Source: Antedon mediterranea (Eukaryota; Animalia; Echinodermata). From it: a stretch of 64,000 bases of DNA. Location: the NCBI RefSeq assembly GCF_964355755.1, contig NC_092674.1, forward strand, positions 19,592,001 through 19,656,000, given 5' to 3'. Positions 52,576 to 64,000 of the stretch are shown here, in pieces. Within the stretch, counting starts at the first letter, position 1, and each line of letters begins with the position of its first letter. Below the pieces are notes generated by a model. That model had not been told where the DNA came from. It saw only the letters and a program-made list of their open reading frames with translations, and made no database searches. The translations under genes were made by a program, and so were the position numbers.

Positions 52576-55500
52576 ATTCTTTCCTTAGCACTATTTTGTC
52601 CGTGAATTATCTTGATATCAGTTTCATCTATTTAAGTCAATTTTTCAGAGTATATTCCTTATGGCCAGGAATCGATGTGGTTATATTTTCACGATGCGTA
52701 ATCAAAAATTACGCGGTCTACGCGCGATTTTACGAAATCACGTTTGTAATCATATCTTCACAAGCATGAATCACAATTAAACAAAATTTGGTACTCATAA
52801 ATTTCAGGTCATATTTCATCATATGGCAATACAATTACGTGCGTAGCGCATATAACGCTTGCGTACGCGCGCTTAAAATGTTCAAAATTGTCAAAATTTA
52901 TTTTCGATGAAATTAGAGTACGTTTCAGGCAATTTTAAGCGTTTAAAAAATTGCCATGAGTGCGCAGATTTTTGCACGCGCACTGCGCGTTATACGTTAA
53001 TGCGCACTCTTTTTGTCCGATTTCGGTTGTACAACCTTTCTTTAATAATATCATCATATTTTATTCACTTTTCAACGCGTAATTGCCTTATACGAGCACG
53101 TCAAAAGTGACAGGCTACGCACGTGTAAGTTAACAAAATGGTGAAAATATGCTAAATTTTAAAATTAATATAGATCGTCAGAATGCTCGGGAACACATAT
53201 TTTTTATTTCATTTTCTTGAAGTGTATGTATCTTATGTATGATTTATTATTAAACTAAGGGAACAAAAGTTGATTAAGCCATAATTAATTGCATATTAAA
53301 TTAAAAAAAATTCATTTCGACAATCAAACAAATTATGACATTTTCTTAGGCCAAAATAACAAACTTAACATTAACTTTCTTCCTCCAAAAGTTCATATAT
53401 TAAAGTTAAAAGTATATAGTTTGACAGTGCATCATTTTTGTACATTTTTAGAGATGTCATCATAGTAAAAAATTATAATTCATTGCGGTATGTAATAATC
53501 TATCTGCACCAAAGTGGTTACTGCATAGTAAATACACGGAGGAATTTTTCTACAATTTTTAGACAGTTGTGTATGGCTCGGTGGTGTGTGCTCGTGTCTA
53601 TGGCACTCAAGGTACCGAGATCGAGTCTCACCTTGGGAAACGAAATAAGATTTTTTTTTTATTATCCGTATTGTTTGTTCAAATTTATTTCTTAGTGTAT
53701 ATATTATACACATGATTTATAATGAAATCTAGATAAAAAATAACTTATGTCTTTATTATTATGTAACAGCAAATGTGGTTTATGACATTATACGCAGAGG
53801 GATCTTTGATCGGATTGTGATACCGGCTATTGTATTCGCGTTAGCAAGGTCCTATCATATATTATAAATAATTAAAGAATCTGAGAAAATCAATGAATCA
53901 AAATATCTTTTAAAAATCAATTATCTTTATTAAAATCAATGCATATAACCTATAATTCGTCATAGTGACGAATTAAATCTAGTTTATTTATTCTTTCCTT
54001 AGCACTATTTTGTCCGTGAATTATCTTGATATCAGTTTCATCTATCTAAGTCAATTTTTCAGAGTATATTCCTTATGGCCAGGAATCGATGTGGTTATAT
54101 TTTCACGATGCGTAATCAAAAATTACGAGGTCTACGCGCGATTTTACGAAATCATGTTTGTAATCATATCTTCACAAGCATGAATCACAATTAAACAAAA
54201 TTTGGTACTCATAAATTTCAGGTCATATTTCATCATATGGCAATACAATTACGTGCGTAGCGCATATAACGCTTGCGTACGCGCGCTTAAAATGTTCAAA
54301 ATTGTCAAAATTTATTTTCGATGAAATTAGAGTACGTTTCAGGCAATTTTAAGCGTTTAAAAAATTGCCATGAGTGCGCAGATTTTTGCACGCGCACTGC
54401 GCGTTATACGTTAATGCGCACTCTTTTTGTCCGATTTCGGTTGTACAACCTTTCTTTAATAATATCATCATATTTTATTCACTTTTCAACGCGTAATTGC
54501 CTTATACGAGCACGTCAAAAGTGACAGGCTACGCACGTGTAAGTTAACAAAATGGTGAAAATATGCTAAATTTTAAAATTAATATAGATCGTCAGAATGC
54601 TCGGGAACACATATTTTTTATTTAATTTTCTTGAAGTGTATGTATCTTATGTATGATTTATTATTAAACTAAGGGAACAAAAGTTGATTAAGCCATAATT
54701 AATTGCATATTAAATAAAAAAAAATTCATTTCGACAATCAAACAAATTATGACATTTTCTTAGGCCAAAATAACAAACTTAACATTAACTTTCTTCCTTC
54801 AAAAGTTCATATATTAAAGTTAAAAGTATATAGTTTGACAGTGCATCATTTTTGTACATTTTTAGAGATGTCATCATAGTAAAAAATTATAATTCATTGC
54901 GGTATGTAATAATCTATCTGCACCAAAGTGGTTACTGCATAGTAAATACACGGAGGAATTTTTCTACAATTTTTAGTCAGTTGTGTATGGCTCGGTGGTG
55001 TGTGCTCGTGTCTATGGCACTCAAGGTACCGAGATCGAGTCTCACCTTGGGAAACGAAATACATTTTTTTTTTATTATCCGTATTGTTTGTTCAAATTTA
55101 TTTCTTAGTGTATATATTATACACATGATTTATAATGAAATCTAGATAAAAAATAACTTATGTCTTTATTATTATGTAACAGCAAATGTGGTTTATGACA
55201 TTATACGCAGAGGGATCTTTGATCGGATTGTGATACCGGCTATTGTATTCGCGTTAGCAAGGTCCTATCATATATTATATATTATTTAAAGAATCTGAGA
55301 AAATCAATGAATCAAAATATCTTTTAAAAATAAATTATCTTTATTTTAATTATCAATGCATATAACCTATAATTCGTCATAGTGACGAATTAAATCTAGT
55401 TTATTTATTCTTTCCTTAGCACTATTTTGTCCGTGAATTATCTTGATATCAGTTTCATCTATCTAAGTCAATTTTTCAGAGTATATTCCTTATGGCCAGA

Positions 55501-58500
55501 AATCGATGTGGTTATATTTTCACGATGCGTAATCAAAAATTACGCGGTCTACGCGCGATTTTACGAAATCACGTTTGTAATCATATCTTCACAAGCATGA
55601 ATCACAGTTAAACAAAATTTGGTACTCATAAATTTCAGGTCATATTTCATCATATGGCAATACAATTACGTGCGTAGCGCATATAACGCTTGCGTACGCG
55701 CGCTTAAAATGTTCAAAATTGTCAAAATTTATTTTCGATGAAATTAGAGTACGTTTCAGGCAATTTTAAGCGTTTAAAAAATTGCCATGAGTGCGCAGAT
55801 TTTTGCACGCGCACTGCGCGTTATACGTTAATGCGCACTCTTTTTGTCCGATTTCGGTTGTACAACCTTTCTTTAATAATATCATCATATTTTATTCACT
55901 TTTCAACGCGTAATTGCCTTATACGAGCACGTCAAAAGTGACAGGCTACGCACGTGTAAGTTAACAAAATGGTGAAAATATGCTAAATTTTAAAATTAAT
56001 ATAGATCGTCAGAATGCTCGGGAACACATATTTTTTATTTAATTTTCTTGAAGTGTATGTATCTTATGTATGATTTATTATTAAACTAAGGGAACAAAAG
56101 TTGATTAAGCCATAATTAATTGCATATTAAATTAAAAAAAATTCATTTCGACAATCAAACAAATTATGACATTTTCTTAGGCCAAAATAACAAACTTAAC
56201 ATTAACTTTCTTCCTTCAAAAGTTCATATATTAAAGTTAAAAGTATATAGTTTGACAGTGCATCATTTTTGTACATTTTTAGAGATGTCATCATAGTAAA
56301 AAATTATAATTCATTGCGGTATGTAATAATCTATCTGCACCAAAGTGGTTACTGCATAGTATTTACACGGAGGAATTTTTCTACGATTTTTAGTCAGTTG
56401 TGTATGGCTCGGTGGTGTGTGCTCGTGTCTATGGCACTCAAGGTACCGAGATCGAGTCTCACCTTGGGAAACGAAATAAACTTTTTTTTTTATTATCCGT
56501 ATTGTTTGTTCAAATTTATTTCTTAGTGTATATATTATACACATGATTTATAATGAAATCTAGATAAAAAATAACTTATGTCTTTATTATTATGTAACAG
56601 CAAATGTGGTTTATGACATTATACGCAGAGGGATCTTTGATCGGATTGTGATACCGGCTATTGTATTCGCGTTAGCAAGGTCCTATCATATATTATATAT
56701 TATTTAAAGAATCTGAGAAAATCAATGAATCAAAATATCTTTTAAAAATAAATTATCTTTATTTTAATTATCAATGCATATAACCTATAATTCGTCATAG
56801 TGACGAATTAAATCTAGTTTATTTATTCTTTCCTTAGCACTATTTTGTCCGTGAATTATCTTGATATCAGTTTCATCTATCTAAGTCAATTTTTCAGAGT
56901 ATATTCCTTATGGCCAGGAATCGATGTGGTTATATTTTCACGATGCGTAATCAAAAATTACGCGGTCTACGCGCGATTTTACGAAATCACGTTTGTAATC
57001 ATATCTTCACAAGCATGAATCACAATTAAACAAAATTTGGTACTCATAAATTTCAGGTCATATTTCATCATATGGCAATACAATTACGTGCGTAGCGCAT
57101 ATAACGCTTGCGTACGCGCGCTTAAAATGTTCAAAATTGTCAAAATTTATTTTCGATGAAATTAGAGTACGTTTCAGGCAATTTTAAGCGTTTAAAAAAT
57201 TGCCATGAGTGCGCAGATTTTTGCACGCGCACTGCGCGTTATACGTTAATGCGCACTCTTTTTGTCCGATTTCGGTTGTACAACCTTTCTTTAATAATAT
57301 CATCATATTTTATTCACTTTTCAACGTGTAATTGCCTTATACGAGCACGTCAAAAGTGACAGGCTACGCACGTGTAAGTTAACAAAATGGTGAAAATATG
57401 CTAAATTTTAAAATTAATATAGATCGTCAGAATGCTCGGGAACACATATTTTTTATTTCATTTTCTTGAAGTGTATGTATCTTATGTATGATTTATTATT
57501 AAACTAAGGGAACAAAAGTTGATTAAGCCATAATTAATTGCATATTAAATTTAAAAAAATTCATTTCGACAATCAAACAAATTATGACATTTTCTTAGGC
57601 CAAAATAACAAACTTAACATTAACTTTCTTCCTCCAAAAGTTCATATATTAAAGTTAAAAGTATATAGTTTGACAGTGCATCATTTTTGTACATTTTTAG
57701 AGATGTCATCATAGTAAAAAATTATAATTCATTGCGGTATGTAATAATCTATCTGCACCAAAGTGGTTACTGCATAGTAAATACACGGAGGAATTTTTCT
57801 ACAATTTTTAGACAGTTGTGTATGGCTCGGTGGTGTGTGCTCGTGTCTATGGCACTCAAGGTACCGAGATCGAGTCTCACCTTGGGAAACGAAATAAGAT
57901 TTTTTTTTTATTATCCGTATTGTTTGTTCAAATTTATTTCTTAGTGTATATATTATACACATGATTTATAATGAAATCTAGATAAAAAATAACTTATGTC
58001 TTTATTATTATGTAACAGCAAATGTGGTTTATGACATTATACGCAGAGGGATCTTTGATCGGATTGTGATACCGGCTATTGTATTCGCGTTAGCAAGGTC
58101 CTATCATATATTATAAATAATTAAAGAATCTGAGAAAATCAATGAATCAAAATATCTTTTAAAAATAAATTATCTTTATTTTAATTATCAATGCATATAA
58201 CCTATAATTCGTCATAGTGACGAATTAAATCTAGTTTATTTATTCTTTCCTTAGCACTATTTTGTCCGTGCATTATCTTGGCATCAGTTTCATCTAGCTA
58301 AGTCAAGTTTTCAGAGTATATTCCTTATGGCCAGGAATCGATGTGGTTATATTTTCACGATGCGTAATCAAAAATTACGCGGTCTACGCGCGATTTTACG
58401 AAATCACGTTTGTAATCATATCTTCACAAGCATGAATCACAATTAAACAAAATTTGGTACTCATAAATTTCAGGTCATATTTCATCATATGGCAATTAAA

Positions 58501-59653
58501 TTACGTGCGTAGCGCATATAACGCTTGCGTACGCGCGCTTAAAATGTTCAAAATTGTCAAAATTTATTTTCGATGAAATTAGAGTACGTTTCAGGCAATT
58601 TTAAGCGTTTAAAAAATTGCCATGAGTGCGCAGATTTTTGCACGCGCACTGCGCGTTAAACGTTAATGCGCACTCTTTTTGCCCGATTTCTGTTTTACAA
58701 TCTTTCTTTAATAATATCATCATATTTGATTCAGGTTTCAACTCGAAATTGCGTTATACGAGCACGTCAAAAGTGACTGGCTACGCACGTATAAGTTAAC
58801 AAAATGGTGAAAATATGCTAAATTTTTAAATTAATATATATCGTCAGAATGCAGGGGAACACCTATTTTTTATTTCATTTTCTTGAAGTGTATGTATCAT
58901 ATGTATGATTTATTATCAAATTAAGAGAACAAAAGTTGATTAAGTCATCATTAATTGCATATTAAATTAAAAAAACATAATTTCGACAATCAAACAAATT
59001 ATGACATTTTCTTAGGCCAAAATAACAAACTTAACATTAACTTTCTTCCTTCAAAAATTCATATATTAAAGTTAAAAGTATGTAGTTTGACAGTGCATCA
59101 TTTGTATACATTTTAAAGATGTCATCATAGTAAAAAATTATAATTCATTTCGGTATGTAATAATCTATTTGCATCAAAGTGGTTACTGCATAGTAAATAC
59201 ACGGAGGAATTTTTCTACAACTTTTAGTCAGTTGTGTACGGCTCGGTGGTCTGTGCTCGTGTCTATGGCATTCAAGGTACCGAGATCGAGTCTCACCTTG
59301 GGAAACGAAATAAGATTTTTTTTTTATTATCCGTATTGTTTGTTCAAATTTATTTCTTAGTGTATATATTATACACATGATTTATAATGAAATCTAGATA
59401 AAAATTAACTTATGTCTTTATTATTATGTAACAACAAATGTGGTTTATGACATTATACGCATATGGATCTTTGATCGGATTGTGATACCGGCTATGGTGT
59501 TCGCGTTAGCAAGGTCCTATCATATATTATAAATAATTAAAGATTCTGAGAAAATCAATCAATCAATATATCTTTTAAAAATCAATTATCTTTATTTAAA
59601 TCAATGCATATAACCTATAATTCGTCATAGTGACGAATTAAATCTAGTTTATT

Positions 59654-59930
59654 AGGTTATATGCATTATCATGCATATAACCTCTTGATTCTGTCAAAAT
59701 CTTTATTTATTGGTTATCCGCCTCAAGCGGATAACCTTTGTTATTGTAGTGTTACTTTTTTTTTAGGTTATATGCATTATCATGCATATAACCTCTTGAT
59801 TCTGTCAAAATCTTTATTTATTTATTGGTTATCCGCCTCAAGCGGATAACCTTTGTTATTGTAGTGTTACTTTTTGGTTATCCGCCTCAAGCGGATAACC
59901 TTTGTTATTGTAGTGTTACTTTTTTTTTTT
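59654..59930 (+). repeat. Mixed head stack A-B-A-B-B
   Basis: A 59654, B 59710, A 59765, B 59825, B 59874; followed by bodies B (59931), B (61501) and A (63070). Confidence 0.95.
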
Positions 59931-61492
59931 ATTATTCTTCTTTCTTTCTCCGATTTTGTGTACGCGTTTTCTCTTGAACGTGTTAACATAACATTTTGTA
60001 ACTTGGTCAACATATAGACAATTAACTGAAGATGTACTGCGAAGCTTTTTGACAATGTCAGATCCGCGTAGCGTAAGTTACGCGCGATTTTCTGAAAATC
60101 TTAAATCGGTCATAACTTCGAAACCGATAAATATTTTTTAACGAAATTTTCAGCCACGTTTTCTTCACATCAATGGCTAACTTTTTCGCTCTTCAGCAAA
60201 TTTTTGAACACTAGAAAGTCTGCGCGTAAACTGCGTTTGAAATTTTAAAATGCTCCTAATTTGTGCACGCTGTTTCTCTGTAACGCGTTAACATAACATT
60301 TTGTAACTTGTTCAACATATAGACATTTTACTGAAGTTGTCCAGCCAAGCTTTTTGACGATGTCAGAGCCGCGTAGCGTAAGTTACGCGTGATTTTCTGA
60401 AAATCTTAAATTGGTTATAACTTCGAAACAAATGAATATTTTTTAACGTCATTTTCAGCCACGTTTGCTTCACATCAATAGTTAACTTTTTTAACGCTAT
60501 CGCAATTTGTAACATTAGAAAGTGCGCGCGTAAATGGCGTTTGAAATTTTAAAATGCTTCAAATCAATTTCTGATTAAATTAGAGCACGATTCAGGTCAT
60601 TTTAAGCGTTTAAAAAATTGCCACTGGTGCGCACATTTTTACGCGCGCACGGCGCAGGGAACAGGTATGAGCATTTCTTTTACACGATTTGTGTTTTTAA
60701 ATCTTCTGTTAACAATTTTACGTTATTTTATTCACTTTTCAACTTGAAATGGCGTTCTACGAGCACGTTAAACATGACAGGTTGCGCACGAAAACGTCAA
60801 CAAATTGTGAAAATGTTCCAAAATATGTCTACTTTTAAAAATGACACAGTTCATCAGAATGCAAGGTTACCCCCATTTTTTATTTTAATTTCTTGCAGTG
60901 TATGAATCATAGGTCTGATTTATTATAGTGTTGAATGCTAAAACGTGTTTGATGGCTACATTATTTGCATATTAAATATAATTTTTGAAATATTTATCAT
61001 CAAACAAACATAAACTTATTCAAAGAGCAAAACAATAAACATAACATTTATCTTTTTTCTTTACATGTTAATATATAAAACTTGAAAGTATGTACTTTCA
61101 TAAAATATCAGCGTTTAAAATTTTTGAAGATTTCATCATAGTAAAATTTATGATTTAAGTTTGATATGTAATAATCAACTTGCATCGAGGGGGTTCACGA
61201 CATACCGAATGAACGAGGACTCTTTCTTCGGATTTTCGTCAGCAGGTGGTCATATGGCTCGATGTGTAATGCAACCGACTTTGGTATCAGAGGTACCGGG
61301 TTCGAGTCCCGTCACGGGAAAACAATTAATTAAAAGGGTTTAGTTGGTTATTACACTGAGAGGGCAGTTTTAATTTTGAATAGCCTACTTTTTTTGGAAA
61401 AGTCATAACTTGGAAGTACTTGAATACGCAAGATACGCTTTGTTGCTGGCGGATAACCAAACTCGTCCTCAAGTGACGAGTTTAAGTTCTAG
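59874..61492 (+). mobile_element. Family B element, uninterrupted innermost copy, inserted in the poly-T of another B
   Basis: Preceded by a B head ending gttacttttt; followed by a T run and a B body (61501-63062). Confidence 0.9.
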
Positions 61493-64000
61493 TTTTTTTT
61501 ATTATTCTTCTTTCTTTCTCGGATTTTGTGTACGCGTTTTCTCTTTAACGTGTTAACATAACATGTTGTAACTTCGTCAACATATAGACATTTAACTGAA
61601 GATGTACTGCGAAGCTTTTTGACAATGTCAGATCCGCGTAGCGTAAGTTACGCGCGATTTTCTGAAAATCTTAAATCGGTCATAACTTCGAAACCGATAA
61701 ATATTTTTTAACGAAATTTTCAGCCACGTTTTCTTCACATCAATGGCTAACTTTTTCGCTCTTCAGCAAATTTTTGAACACTAGAAAGTCTGCGCGTAAA
61801 CTGCGTTTGAAATTTTAAAATGCTCCTAATTTGTGCACGCTGTTTCTCTGTAACGCGTTAACATAACATTTTGTAACTTGTTCAACATATAGACATTTTA
61901 CTGAAGTTGTCCAGCCAAGCTTTTTGACGATGTCAGAGCCGCGTAGCGTAAGTTACGCGTGATTTTCTGAAAATCTTAAATTGGTTATAACTTCGAAACA
62001 AATGAATATTTTTTAACGTCATTTTCAGCCACGTTTGCTTCACATCAATAGTTAACTTTTTTAACGCTATCGCAATTTGTAACATTAGAAAGTGCGCGCG
62101 TAAATGGCGTTTGAAATTTTAAAATGCTTCAAATCAATTTCTGATTAAATTAGAGCACGATTCAGGTCATTTTAAGCGTTTAAAAAATTGCCACTGGTGC
62201 GCACATTTTTACGCGCGCACGGCACAGGGAACAGGTATGAGCATTTCTTTTACACGATTTGTGTTTTTAAATCTTCTGTTAACAATTTTACGTTATTTTA
62301 TTCACTTTTCAACTTGAAATGGCGTTCTACGAGCACGTTAAACATGACAGGTTGCGCACGAAAACGTCAACAAATTGTGAAAATGTTCCAAAATATGTCT
62401 ACTTTTAAAAATGACACAGTTCATCAGAATGCAAGGTTACCCCCATTTTTTATTTTAATTTCTTGCAGTGTATGAATCATAGGTCTGATTTATTATAGTG
62501 TTGAATGCTAAAACGTGTTTGATGGCTACATTATTTGCATATTAAATATAATTTTTGAAATATTTATCATCAAACAAACATAAACTTATTCAAAGAGCAA
62601 AACAATAAACATAACATTTATCTTTTTTCTTTACATGTTAATATATAAAACTTGAAAGTATGTACTTTCATAAAATATCAGCGTTTAAAATTTTTGAAGA
62701 TTTCATCATAGTAAAATTTATGATTTAAGTTTGATATGTAATAATCAACTTGCATCGAGGGGGTTCACGACATACCGAATGAACGAGGACTCTTTCTTCG
62801 GATTTTCGTCAGCAGGTGGTCATATGGCTCGATGTGTAATGCAACCGACTTTGGTATCAGAGGTACCGGGTTCGAGTCCCGTCACGGGAAAACAATTAAT
62901 TAAAAGGGTTTAGTTGGTTATTACACTGAGAGGGCAGTTTTAATTTTGAATAGCCTACTTTTTTTGGAAAAGTCATAACTTGGAAGTACTTGAATACGCA
63001 AGATACGCTTTGTTGCTGGCGGATAACCAAACTCGTCCTCAAGTGACGAGTTTAAGTTCTAGTTTATTTATTCTTTCCTTAGCACTATTTTGTCCGTGAA
63101 TTATCTTGATATCAGTTTCATCTATTTAAGTCAATTTTTCAGAGTATATTCCTTATGGCCAGGAATCGATGTGGTTATATTTTCACGATGCGTAATCAAA
63201 AATTACGCGGTCTACGCGCGATTTTACGAAATCACGTTTGTAATCATATCTTCACAAGCATGAATCACAATTAAACAAAATTTGGTACTCATAAATTTCA
63301 GGTCATATTTCATCATATGGCAATACAATTACGTGCGTAGCGCAAATAACGCTTGCGTACGCGCGCTTAAAATGTTCAAAATTGTCAAAATTTATTTTCG
63401 ATGAAATTAGAGTACGTTTCAGGCAATTTTAAGCGTTTAAAAAATTGCCATGAGTGCGCAGATTTTTGCACGCGCACTGCGCGTTATACGTTAATGCGCA
63501 CTCTTTTTGTCCGATTTCGGTTGTACAACCTTTCTTTAATAATATCATCATATTTTATTCACTTTTCAACGCGTAATTGCCTTATACGAGCACGTCAAAA
63601 GTGACAGGCTACGCACGTGTAAGTTAACAAAATGGTGAAAATATGCTAAATTTTAAAATTAATATAGATCGTCAGAATGCTCGGGAACACATATTTTTTA
63701 TTTCATTTTCTTGAAGTGTATGTATCTTATGTATGATTTATTATTAAACTAAGAGAACAAAAGTTGATTAAGCCATAATTAATTGCATATTAAATTAAAA
63801 AAAATTCATTTCGACAATCAAACAAATTATGACATTTTCTTAGGCCAAAATAACAAACTTAACATTAACTTTCTTCCTCCAAAAGTTCATATATTAAAGT
63901 TAAAAGTATATAGTTTGACAGTGCATCATTTTTGTACATTTTTAGAGATGTCATCATAGTAAAAAATTATAATTCATTGCGGTATGTAATAATCTATCTG

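Larger units (their letters stand above)
35815..64000 (+). repeat. Nested array of Helentron/DINE-type families A (~1.46 kb) and B (~1.62 kb), continuing past the window end
   Basis: 15 A heads (35815, 35876, 37316, 37373, 37427, 37492, 37550, 40455, 46395, 52351, 52405, 52459, 52513, 59654, 59765). 15 A bodies (starts ~35962, 37624, 39038, 40529, 43569, 44983, 48109, 49523, 50939, 52576, 53990, 55407, 56825, 58242, 63070). 5 B heads (41943, 46482, 59710, 59825, 59874) and 4 B bodies (42001, 46539, 59931, 61501). All have the same orientation. Confidence 0.95.

Noticed and set aside
52341-52588. Tandem-repeat peptide ORFs on both strands
   Set aside because: An artefact of the 54-bp (divisible by 3) head stack.
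37955-63604. Recurrent short ORFs (MKLEYVSG..., MYIFRDVI..., MCIIYTLR..., MPLVRTFL...)
   Set aside because: They recur only because the DNA is repeated. They are broken by stops or frameshifts in several copies, overlap on both strands and have no recognisable domain.
35815-64000. Ordinary satellite DNA or pure rolling-circle concatemer
   Set aside because: Neither explains separate head stacks, mirror-order closure of A and B, or matching tract remnants. A minor contribution from duplication is not excluded.
35815-64000. rDNA, 5S, snRNA or histone tandem gene cluster
   Set aside because: No recognisable rRNA, snRNA or histone sequence in the units; the termini are transposon-like.

Overview
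AT-rich animal DNA made almost entirely of transposable elements; no intact host gene was found. An invertebrate deuterostome such as an echinoderm is my inference, from the Gmr1-like retrotransposon, the Academ elements and frequent TAGGCCTA. Region 1-34.7 kb is a set of nested, decayed elements: AcademX fragments and two TAG...CTA Academ elements with 3-bp TSDs, MULE-like, Harbinger, hAT and pogo-like non-autonomous elements, several CR1/L2-group LINE pieces, a Gmr1-type Gypsy (PR-INT-RT-RH order) broken by insertions, a Lep1-like Helitron and tRNA-like tandem repeats. Region 34.8-64 kb looks like a ~1.4-kb satellite. It parses instead as Helentron/DINE-1-type non-autonomous elements (families A, B, C here), with A and B inserting repeatedly into the T-rich tract just behind their own 5' ends. 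This gives stacks of ~50-bp heads followed by bodies in last-in-first-out order, with family and subfamily variants matching across up to ~21 kb. All three families carry an internal tRNA-like (Pol III A/B box) module.
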